Both the position numbers and the translations under genes were made by a program. 19,516 nt of DNA from a bacterium (lineage in GTDB: Bacteria > Krumholzibacteriota > Krumholzibacteriia > G020349025), in contig JANLSU010000015.1 of NCBI GenBank assembly GCA_031362565.1, forward strand, positions 1 through 19,516, written 5' to 3'. A model generated the notes under the pieces. That model saw only the letters and a program-made list of their open reading frames with translations, ran no database searches and was not told where the DNA came from. Shown in pieces: positions 1 to 7,786 of this stretch; the stretch's first letter is position 1, and each line of letters opens with the position of its first letter.

Positions 1-1379
1 TGGTGTGCCGCGCGCGCCGCCTGGGGGGTGGGTTGTGCGGCCCGGCGCCTATCCTGCAGCGCAAGGGGATGGGTTTTTGGGGGGGGGGCGCGCGCGGCCG
101 CCCGCGCCAGCTCGGCGACGCGCCCGGCCCCGGCGCCGGCGCGGCGCGTGGCGTCCCGCCACGCGCGTGCCGTCGCCGGTTCCACCTCATGCACGACGAG
201 CGGCAGCAGCACGATGCAATCCCGCCGCGCCGAATCCGGCGCCGCGGTTGCGACGCGCACGACATCCGCATCGCCGGCCAGTTCGGTCGGCGACGCCACG
301 CCGCGCAACACATCTTCGGATGCCAGATGCTTCAAGGTTGCGGTGGCCCGCGCCGCGTGCCAGGCCTGCACATCCAGCTCGAGCAAACGCTCGGCGCTGT
401 GGCCCGCCGCGGCAAGGCGCTCCGGTGCACGCTGTTCGATGTCGAGTCCGAGTGATTCCGCCGCCGCGAAGGCGCCGCGATCGAGTGCGACTTGCAGGCG
501 CAAGAGATCGGCCTCGGTGGCGAGTGCCGCGTCGCCAAGCGCGACATTCAATCCCGTCAGCAAGCCCGCCGCGGTCTCGACATCATGATCCGCGTACGCG
601 AGTTGCGCCGCGTACAGGCGCGCTTCCGCGCCCAACGGCGAAGTGCCACTCACCTGTGCGAGCCGCGCCCGCGCCCCCGGGCGGTCGCCCGCGGCCATGC
701 GAGCCCGCGCCAATCCGATCGTGCCCCAGGCTTGGGCCCATCCGGTCCACACTTCGGGCGCTTGCCGCTCGAGGGTCTCGAATTCGCGCCGCGCCGCGTC
801 CGCGTCGCCGCGCGCCAGCGCTTCTTCACCGCGCAAGAGTGCGGCGGCCGGCGTTCCGGCGCCGCGTCGCGCCCGTTCCAACCACGCCGCTGCCGGCGCG
901 CCCTCGCCCACCATCCGGGCGACACACGCCGCCGCCAAATCCACCAGCGGTGCATCGTCCTGGCGCTCCCGGTCCCACACGCCCAGCGCGAGACGCGCTT
1001 GCACCCGCAGTGCGTCCACATCCGGAGCCGCGTCCAACGCCGCGAGCGCCAGTCCGATTCGATGCGCCGCCGCTTGGGTGCGCACGAAACGATCGCGCGA
1101 CGCCGCGAGCGCTTCCAGCCGCCCGCGTGCCACCTCGACATCGCCATTCAAGAGTTCGGATTCGGCGCGCAGCAGGGTCGCAAGATCGGCGCGCGACGCC
1201 GTCCCGGGCTCCGCCGCGAGCCGGGCCATCGCCCCGGCTGCATCGCCCGGCCGCCCCGCGGTCAATTCGAGCGCGGCGCGCCGCAACGCCAAATCGAGTC
1301 GGTCGAGCTCGTGTGCGGCCCACACCGGGGCGGCGACCGCGAGTCCCGCGACGAATGCGCCCCAGAAGCGCCAGCGCAT
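1..1379 (-). CDS. Secreted TPR-like / alpha-helical repeat protein, 3' end truncated by the window edge
   Basis: Absent from the ORF track because it has no stop in the window. ATG at 1379-1377 directly follows the upstream TAG (1382-1380). My translation is open for 459 codons: signal peptide MRWRFWGAFVAGLAVAAPVWA, then TPR-like helices (LLRAESELLNGDVEVARGRLEAL, LLRGEEALARGDADAARREFETL, IGLARARMAAGDRPGARARL, ARLYAAQLAYADHDVETAAGLL). Confidence 0.8.
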   Translation of the reverse strand, partial: MRWRFWGAFVAGLAVAAPVWAAHELDRLDLALRRAALELTAGRPGDAAGAMARLAAEPGTASRADLATLLRAESELLNGDVEVARGRLEALAASRDRFVRTQAAAHRIGLALAALDAAPDVDALRVQARLALGVWDRERQDDAPLVDLAAACVARMVGEGAPAAAWLERARRGAGTPAAALLRGEEALARGDADAARREFETLERQAPEVWTGWAQAWGTIGLARARMAAGDRPGARARLAQVSGTSPLGAEARLYAAQLAYADHDVETAAGLLTGLNVALGDAALATEADLLRLQVALDRGAFAAAESLGLDIEQRAPERLAAAGHSAERLLELDVQAWHAARATATLKHLASEDVLRGVASPTELAGDADVVRVATAAPDSARRDCIVLLPLVVHEVEPATARAWRDATRRAGAGAGRVAELARAAARAPPPKTHPLALQDRRRAAQPTPQAARAAH

Positions 1380-2096
1380 CTAGTTCCGGCTCCCGAGCGC
1401 GGTGCGCACGGTGCGCGCCGGTTGAGCGGCGGATTGCAGATCGAGATGCACGACGGCCAGCTGGTCAGGATCCGGTTCGACGACAAGTGAAGTGCGAGAC
1501 GGCTCGGTAACGCCACGCGTCCAGGCGCGCACTTCGAGTGTCTGGGGCCGCGGCTCGACGACACGCCGCGCCACTTCGAGAACGCCACCCGCGGCCAACG
1601 CCGCACGTTCGGTCGCCGAGAGGGTGTGCTCTTGCACAAGCTTGCCGTCCAGCCACGCTTCAACGCGTTCCACTTCGAGCGCCGGCGGGGTCGCGAGCGT
1701 CACTTCGAGTGCGGTGCGCAAGTGCGCGGCGAACCGTTGGTCGAGTGAATCGAGCCGCGCTCCGGCGGCCACGGCCGACGCGAGCAAACTGTCCAACGTG
1801 GCTCGGAAGACGCCCAAATCACCGACCGTTTGCGCCGAATCGAACGCCGCGTGCGCGGCGCGCAGGCGGCCGAGCGCCGACTCGTCGGCGAACGGATCGA
1901 AGGACCACGCCTGGGCCGGCGCGAGATCGGTGTTCTGCGGCCGTTCGAGCCCTTCGAAGCGGCGCAGAATCCAGTCACGATTGGCGTGGAAGAACGGCAA
2001 GTGCGGGTCCTCGGCGTGCGCCGCCGTGGCGCCAAGCGCCGCCGCACACCAGAGCGCGACATGCCAACAGTTGCCGTGCAGAAGTTCGCGCCGCAT
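1380..2096 (-). CDS. Exported hypothetical protein (helical middle segment plus C-terminal beta-rich domain)
   Basis: 238 aa with a signal peptide ending AAHA. It sits 1 nt after the upstream stop and abuts the downstream ATG. C-terminal segment ERVEAWLDGKLVQEHTLSATERAALAAGGV. Confidence 0.75.
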   Translation of the reverse strand: MRRELLHGNCWHVALWCAAALGATAAHAEDPHLPFFHANRDWILRRFEGLERPQNTDLAPAQAWSFDPFADESALGRLRAAHAAFDSAQTVGDLGVFRATLDSLLASAVAAGARLDSLDQRFAAHLRTALEVTLATPPALEVERVEAWLDGKLVQEHTLSATERAALAAGGVLEVARRVVEPRPQTLEVRAWTRGVTEPSRTSLVVEPDPDQLAVVHLDLQSAAQPARTVRTALGSRN

Positions 2097-2097
2097 G

Positions 2098-2649
2098 TCA
2101 GCCCCTCCACCGCTTCTTCACGTCGCCGCTCGCAGCATTCACCAGGACGTACAAACTCGGGCCGGCGCCATTGTCGAAGACCGCGACCCAGGCGGTTTCC
2201 GGCGCGAACACGCCGCGCACCAAGAGCAAGTGGGCGAGGCCGCCGCCGGTGGCGCAGAACTCGCGGCCGCCGCCCTCCCAGGCGCGGTTGGCGATTTCAG
2301 CGCTGTCCAGCCAGTTCGTCTCCAAGGCCGGCGCCTCGGCGCTCACGGTGTGATCAGCGGCCACGACGATGTGTCCATCGCGCACCGACCAACTCCGCAT
2401 GGCGTGTTTTTCGAGCGAGTAGTAGAGATAGCCCCAAGCGCTCGCGTGGCCTTCGGGGTCGAGTGCGGTGTCGTTCTCGACCCACACCAAACGGGCGTCG
2501 TCGGCCCAAGAGTCGGCGGCGGATGCGGCGAGCCCCATGCCGTCGCGTGCCGTCGCGACCGCTGCCGGCGTTTCGCCGGCCAGGCTCGCGCCCGCCATCG
2601 TCCCGGCCAGGCAAGCCACCACTGCAGCGCAGCACAAATTCCAGCGCAT
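2098..2649 (-). CDS. Exported hypothetical protein with PepSY-like repeats
   Basis: Start moved to ATG 2649 (GGAGG RBS upstream). Signal peptide MRWNLCCAAVVACLAGTMAGASLA. C-terminus AWVAVF...YVLVNAASGDV resembles the PepSY pattern. Confidence 0.7.
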   Translation of the reverse strand: MRWNLCCAAVVACLAGTMAGASLAGETPAAVATARDGMGLAASAADSWADDARLVWVENDTALDPEGHASAWGYLYYSLEKHAMRSWSVRDGHIVVAADHTVSAEAPALETNWLDSAEIANRAWEGGGREFCATGGGLAHLLLVRGVFAPETAWVAVFDNGAGPSLYVLVNAASGDVKKRWRG

Positions 2650-2714
2650 GTGCCGTCCTCCAAGGTTCCTGCGTTCCCCGGTCCCCGCCACTTCGACCCT
2701 CCCCACCCAAGCGC

Positions 2715-3563
2715 TCAGAACAGGAGTTCGGTACCGCCGCTGAATTCGAGATTGTCACCTGAGAAGCGCGTAAACCGATTGCCGCCGCGCAAGCGATGGT
2801 CGCGCAGTTCCCAGCGCACCGCGACGCGCTTGGCGAGGAACATCTTGGTGCCGAGCCCGACGGCGTACGTCGGCTCGACCTGTGAACCGAGCACCGACGC
2901 GCCGAACCCCAGCGTCACGAACGGCGTCACGCGCCGTCCAGGCAGGACATCCATCGAGGCGCCGGCTTCATAGAAGAACAGATCAAAGCGTTCTTGCTCG
3001 AGGCGCAGGCCGAAGATGCGTTCCAACACGTACGTCGTACGCGTCACACCGGTGTAACCGATGCCGGCCTCGAATGCGAACCGGCGCGTCAACGAGTAGC
3101 CGATGCGCGCTCCGAAGAGCATCCCGTTGTCTTCGCGGTCGGCGGCGTAGTTGCCGCCGTAGCCGACAATGTGGAAGGAGCGCTGGCGCGACGGCAGGCC
3201 CGGATCGGGCGCGAACTGAAACTTGCGTGGGTCGATGTAGGTCTTGAGAAGCGACTCGTGCATCCAACCGCTCGTCGCCTCACCCAAGCGCACGTGATTC
3301 CACTCGCCCGACTTGGCGTCGAGCGTCAAGACTTGGCCTTCCTTCACTGTCGCGACAATGGCGTGCTCGGCGCCGGGTCCGGCGCGCACCACGGCGACCG
3401 GAGTGCCGACGACTTCGACGTCAGCGGATGGAACCGCACTCGAATCCGCCGGCGCCGGGACCACCGCCGGAGCGTCGCTCGCGACCAACGCCGCGGCGGA
3501 TGACTGCGCGCGCCCCGGCGATGCGAGGCACGCGAGAAGCAGCAGTGTGGCGATGCGGGCCAT
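2715..3563 (-). CDS. SH3b domain fused to an outer-membrane beta-barrel (OmpA-like/porin family)
   Basis: GAGGAGG RBS and signal peptide. SH3b motif VRAGPGAEHAIVATVKEGQVL...GEWNHVRL...GWM. Amphipathic strands (GARIGYSL, PFVTLGFG, GLGTKMFL, VRWELRDH) and terminal Phe (ELLF). Confidence 0.85.
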   Translation of the reverse strand: MARIATLLLLACLASPGRAQSSAAALVASDAPAVVPAPADSSAVPSADVEVVGTPVAVVRAGPGAEHAIVATVKEGQVLTLDAKSGEWNHVRLGEATSGWMHESLLKTYIDPRKFQFAPDPGLPSRQRSFHIVGYGGNYAADREDNGMLFGARIGYSLTRRFAFEAGIGYTGVTRTTYVLERIFGLRLEQERFDLFFYEAGASMDVLPGRRVTPFVTLGFGASVLGSQVEPTYAVGLGTKMFLAKRVAVRWELRDHRLRGGNRFTRFSGDNLEFSGGTELLF

Positions 3564-3601
3564 CCGGGCCTCCTCGAACGGCGCTCCATGCGCGGTGCCG
3601 G

Positions 3602-4216
3602 TCAGAAGGGCGAAACGCGGATCACAAGACCCGCCTGCAGATCGACTGCGTCAGTCGCCCGGGTTCCGGCCGTACCGGCGACATCGAGCGCGTAGAAGCG
3701 CCAAGCGCAGCGCATTGCGACTTCGGCTCGTCCGAATGAATGCAAGACCTCTGCCGCCGCGAGCCGCGTCCAGGCATCCACGGGCGGCAAGTCCACCGCG
3801 ATGACGCCGGCGCTGGTGTCGAGCACGATGTGATCGGGGTGATACCCGAGACGCAAACGCCCCACCCCGAGCGCACCTTGCAACTTCCAGCCAAGCAGGT
3901 CGTGCGGCACGCGGCCGCGCAACTCCAAGCTCCAGTCCGTACGGACGACGCGCGCCGTCGGCGCGACCAGGAGCCCGAACGTCGTCGTGCCGGACGCCGT
4001 TCCAACGGCTAAGCCGGCTTGCAAACCGTGTCCCAGATCACAACCCAAGCCGGCGCCGATGCGAGGCGCGACCCGTGACTGGAGCCCGCTCGCGTCGTAC
4101 AACGGGTCGAGCCGCTCGACACCGAACGATACCGGTTCGACGACGAGGCGGATGGGCGCTGCGCCCGCGCCCGCGGGCACGAGCAGCAGCACCCCCAGGA
4201 GCCCCGCCGCCCTCAC
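3602..4216 (-). CDS. Putative small outer-membrane beta-barrel protein
   Basis: GTG at 4216 overlaps the upstream TGA (GTGA). Signal peptide VRAAGLLGVLLLVPAGAGA, Gly-rich alternating strands, C-terminal LVIRVSPF. Confidence 0.65.
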   Translation of the reverse strand: MRAAGLLGVLLLVPAGAGAAPIRLVVEPVSFGVERLDPLYDASGLQSRVAPRIGAGLGCDLGHGLQAGLAVGTASGTTTFGLLVAPTARVVRTDWSLELRGRVPHDLLGWKLQGALGVGRLRLGYHPDHIVLDTSAGVIAVDLPPVDAWTRLAAAEVLHSFGRAEVAMRCAWRFYALDVAGTAGTRATDAVDLQAGLVIRVSPF

Positions 4217-5817
4217 TGCGCCAGCACCATCTTGCGCACTTCGCTCGCGCCGGTGGTTTCCAGCCGGTAGAAGTACAAGCCTGAACTGACGCGCACATTG
4301 CGCGTATCGCGTCCGTCCCACTGGACGTCGTGCGAACCGGCGTCCATCGCGCCTTGCGCCAGCGTCCGCACCAAGCGGCCGCGCACGTCGAACACGGCCA
4401 GGCGCACCGGGCCGGCCACCGGCAGCTCGAAAGCGATCGTCGTACTCGGATTGAACGGATTCGGCGAATTCTGGTGCAACGTGAGCCGCGACGGCGCGAT
4501 CGCCGCCAAGTCCACGGTACGCTCGGCGCGCCGCGCGCCGTCATACTGCGATTCCGCAACCAGCGTCACTCGCGCTGCATCGGCGAGCCCGGCGAGTTGC
4601 AACTGCTGGCGGCCGGCGGCGCGAACGCCCCAGTCGACATTCGACGTTGCACCGGACTTCGACGTCACGACCGCATGCACCGCCGCCGCATCGGTCAGAA
4701 CGACCTCGAGCGTCTGCCCGTCACGGCGCTGCACGCTCTCGATGTCGACGCCGAGATCCAAGCGCCGCACACCGGTCGTCGCCGTCCAGCTTTCCAATAC
4801 GAGTGCCGAACCCTGGCCGCGCCACTCGGGCGCCCGGCCGGTGCCGCGGTGGTCGCGTACCCAAGCGAACGGGATGGCGACGTCACGCGGTGCGGCCAGC
4901 GGCATCGCTCCGCCGGTGTACGTCGCGACGTGTTCCATCCGCGGCGACATCTTCCAGATGCTGCCGTCGCGCCGCAGCGCCAAGTACAGATTGCCGAAAT
5001 GATCGCTGTCGACCGACGCGGCTTCCATGGGTAGCACCACGGCGCCTGCCCAGGCGAGCCGACCGGCCTGCAATACGAGATGCACCAGGCGGTGATTGCC
5101 GGAATCGGCGACATAGACATCGTTGTCGTTGAACCCCGCTTGGCGGCCGAAGCATACCGCGCGCGGATACAGGAACTCGCCTTGCCCGGAACCACGCACG
5201 CCATACTCGGCGAGGCGTACCGGTGCGGCGCCGGCGAGATCGTAGAGCGCGACGCGCTGCGCGCCGGCCTCGGCCACCAGCAACCGGTCGTCCGCCGGGT
5301 CGGCCGGCGTGCCGCCATCATGAATGGCGACGTCCATCGGCTGTGCCAAGCCGTCGATCTGGCTGTCGTACTGCAATTCCTGACTGCTGCCGCGGTCGAC
5401 GAGACGCAACACCGTGACGCGGCCCAGGCCGCGGTCGGCGATGAACAATCGTCCGTCGGGCGCAAACGCCAGCCCATGCGGCTCGCCGAATTCGCCCGCG
5501 CCCGTGCCGCCACGCCCGAAGGCACGCGGCGCCTCACCGGGCGCACCGTACAAGATGCGCTGCCAGCGTGCGTCGGTGGTTGCATGGGTGTAGTGCGCTT
5601 CCACGTAGGGGAACGCGTTGTAGACGTCGATGGTGCCATACACGGCGCTGCCCGCCGGGTCGTCGAGCAATGTGCGCCCCACGAGCCGTTCGGCAGCGCT
5701 TCGATTGAGCACCGAAACGCCGGCTTCCGGTGCCAGCGCATGCGGCAGGAACGAACCCGTCTCCGCCGCCGCCGGCGCTGCCAGAAGAATACTTGCGATT
5801 AAGGCCGTGGTACGCAT
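4213..5817 (-). CDS. NHL-repeat beta-propeller protein with C-terminal FlgD-Ig / T9SS type A sorting domain
   Basis: ATG 5817 with AGGGAG RBS and signal peptide. NHL repeats (GEFGEPHGLAFAPDGRLFIADRG, GEFLYPRAVCF...VYVADSGNHRL). CTD: LHQNSPNPFNPSTTIAFEL...VFDVRGRLVRTL...WDGRD...SGLYFYRL...RKMVLAQ. Confidence 0.9.
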   Translation of the reverse strand: MRTTALIASILLAAPAAAETGSFLPHALAPEAGVSVLNRSAAERLVGRTLLDDPAGSAVYGTIDVYNAFPYVEAHYTHATTDARWQRILYGAPGEAPRAFGRGGTGAGEFGEPHGLAFAPDGRLFIADRGLGRVTVLRLVDRGSSQELQYDSQIDGLAQPMDVAIHDGGTPADPADDRLLVAEAGAQRVALYDLAGAAPVRLAEYGVRGSGQGEFLYPRAVCFGRQAGFNDNDVYVADSGNHRLVHLVLQAGRLAWAGAVVLPMEAASVDSDHFGNLYLALRRDGSIWKMSPRMEHVATYTGGAMPLAAPRDVAIPFAWVRDHRGTGRAPEWRGQGSALVLESWTATTGVRRLDLGVDIESVQRRDGQTLEVVLTDAAAVHAVVTSKSGATSNVDWGVRAAGRQQLQLAGLADAARVTLVAESQYDGARRAERTVDLAAIAPSRLTLHQNSPNPFNPSTTIAFELPVAGPVRLAVFDVRGRLVRTLAQGAMDAGSHDVQWDGRDTRNVRVSSGLYFYRLETTGASEVRKMVLAQ

Positions 5818-5840
5818 GGCGCTCTCCCTTGCGAGGGCCT

Positions 5841-7013
5841 TCAAAACGGCCAGCTGAATCCTGCCTCGAGAACGTTGGCCGCGAAGCTGTTCGAATCGAA
5901 ATACCGCTCGTACTTGAGATCGAGGACGAGCCCGTCGAGCCATGGGGCCGTGCCCTCGAACGGAACACTCACCTTCAAACCGAAGAGATTCGAATCGACG
6001 TCTTGCAGCTTGTAGTCGCCGCTACGATAGCCGTCGACGCCGCCCGGGGCCGTGTACAGATCGCGGAAGAAATAAGCCGCGGTCTGGGTGTGGTACCGGT
6101 AGCGATAGCGAACGATGCAATGGTCGCCGACATACTGGTTGAAATGCACGTCCACCGTGCCGGCGCGCACCCGCCAGTCATCGGTGTAGTACCGCAGGCC
6201 GATGGATGCCGAGGCACGGCTCGTGAGGTAGCGCTCGCACTCGGCGAACACGGCGCGCCGCAAGCGCGTTTCCGGATGCAGCTCCGGCAGGATTTGGCCG
6301 CCGGCATAGACGTTGCGATACGGATTGCTCTGGAAGCCGCGAATCGCAGTCAGTTCGACGCCGAACGAGGCTTGCGTCACCGGCGACAAGGTCTGCGTCG
6401 CGGTCAGTGTCACGTCGACATTGGACCGGCTCTGGCCGGTGGCGTTGCCATTCAGGTGCGCATCCGGATGCAGGGCATCGAAGCCGTAGGCACCGCGCAG
6501 AGCAAGCGCCGTGCTGCCGCCGTTCCAGTTGCGCGCCACTTCGCCGGACGCCTGCTGGCCGAGGAAGTCCGATTCACGGCTCACGTAGTAGGAGCCGGAC
6601 GCCCGCAGGCTCTGGCCGCGTGGGGCCCACTGCAGGCTGCCGGTGAGTTCCTGGCGTTCCTTCAAATAGTCCTGTTTGGATTGCACGGCGCTGTGCACCG
6701 GCCGCGAGGCGGTCGTGATCGCATCGATGTTCTCTTGCGAACCCGGCAGCCCGGCGAGCGGCGGCAAGTGCACCCGGTCGAGGGCGCCACGCAGGCTCGC
6801 CGACCAGGCGTCGGCAAATCCTTGCACGTATTCCATCACCCACGTATCGACGTGATTCTTGGCACTGTCCGAGAAACTGTGGTAGGTGGCATGAACGGTT
6901 TCGTCGGCACCCGCCGGCGCACCCACGCCGAGCAACACTGTAGCCGCGAGAGCCGCACGTGTGGCACGCCGTCCGCGGCCGAGCCGCGATTCATGCCGTC
7001 CGGTCAGTTGCAC
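5841..7013 (-). CDS. DUF3570 family outer-membrane beta-barrel protein
   Basis: Probable GTG start at 7013 inside the DUF4266 C-terminus (VQLT...), an overlap typical of this gene pair. Motifs YYVSRESDF, GFQSNPYRNV, ELHPETRLR, RYYTDDWRV, RYRYHTQTAAYFF, SGDYKL; terminal FSWPF. Confidence 0.85.
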   Translation of the reverse strand: MQLTGRHESRLGRGRRATRAALAATVLLGVGAPAGADETVHATYHSFSDSAKNHVDTWVMEYVQGFADAWSASLRGALDRVHLPPLAGLPGSQENIDAITTASRPVHSAVQSKQDYLKERQELTGSLQWAPRGQSLRASGSYYVSRESDFLGQQASGEVARNWNGGSTALALRGAYGFDALHPDAHLNGNATGQSRSNVDVTLTATQTLSPVTQASFGVELTAIRGFQSNPYRNVYAGGQILPELHPETRLRRAVFAECERYLTSRASASIGLRYYTDDWRVRAGTVDVHFNQYVGDHCIVRYRYRYHTQTAAYFFRDLYTAPGGVDGYRSGDYKLQDVDSNLFGLKVSVPFEGTAPWLDGLVLDLKYERYFDSNSFAANVLEAGFSWPF

Positions 7014-7219
7014 GCACAGCCTCCGCCGGCCCCGAGAGCGCCACCCGAAGCACCTTCGCGCGTATCCAGCCAATGGCGTTCGAGGGCGCGTTCGCGCGCC
7101 GACGCCGCCGGATCCATGATGCGATCGGCCAAGTACTCGCGCTGGAAGGGTGCAACCGTCGCGCACCCCGCGAGTGCCAGCACTGCGAGTCCGAGCCCGA
7201 GTGCGATCCATCGCCGCAT
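7004..7219 (-). CDS. DUF4266 family small lipoprotein
   Basis: 71 aa, AAGGAG RBS, lipobox LAGC. VAPFQREYLADRIM and C-terminal REGASGG...GGGCACN match the DUF4266 signature (usually GGGCGCN). Confidence 0.92.
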   Translation of the reverse strand: MRRWIALGLGLAVLALAGCATVAPFQREYLADRIMDPAASARERALERHWLDTREGASGGALGAGGGCACN

Positions 7220-7231
7220 GACCGTCTCCTT

Positions 7232-7786
7232 TCAGTCGCCTTGCGCGCGGCTCTGCAAACGCCGCACTTCCGTCGCCAGCTTCGGCAATTCAGCCGCGCC
7301 CCAACCACCCCGCGCCGACACGACTTGCCCGTGTCCGTCGAGCAGCACCGTCCAGGGCATGCCCTGCACGCCGTAGTGGCCGGCGATGACGCCGCTCGGA
7401 TCGAGCAGCACGCGGCGCGGCATCTGCGCCCGCTTGACGTAGCGATCCACCTTTTCACGCCGCGTATCGACGTTGACCGCGAGAACGACGAGGCCGGGGA
7501 CATCTTTTTCGAGCGTCGCCAACCGTTCGAGTTGCTCGCGGCATGGCGGACACCAGGAGGCCCAGAAGTCGACGATCACCACTTGGCCGCGAAACGACGC
7601 GAGCTGCAGCGTGTCGCCTTCCAGGCTGACGGCGCGAAAATCGGGAGCGCCACCCGCCTGGGCGACGGTCGCGGCAGCAGCCAGTGCTGCGGTCACGAGT
7701 GCCGCCCGAACCGTCGTGCGGATCGACGCACGAGCGCGCCCTGCGGCGCGCCCGTGCGTGGAGGGGTTGCGAAGGACGCGCGTCAC
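7232..7786 (-). CDS. TlpA/ResA-family periplasmic thiol-disulfide oxidoreductase
   Basis: GTG at 7786 overlaps the upstream TGA. APDF...GQVVIVDFWASWCPPCRE active site and YGVQGMPWTVLLDGHG cis-Pro loop. N-terminal export signal. Confidence 0.92.
   Translation of the reverse strand: MTRVLRNPSTHGRAAGRARASIRTTVRAALVTAALAAAATVAQAGGAPDFRAVSLEGDTLQLASFRGQVVIVDFWASWCPPCREQLERLATLEKDVPGLVVLAVNVDTRREKVDRYVKRAQMPRRVLLDPSGVIAGHYGVQGMPWTVLLDGHGQVVSARGGWGAAELPKLATEVRRLQSRAQGD

Noticed and set aside
1..130. G/T homopolymer runs as a G-quadruplex or phase-variation tract
   Set aside because: They sit at the window edge, and the encoded peptide drifts to atypical composition (APPPKTHP). This looks like low-quality contig-end sequence.
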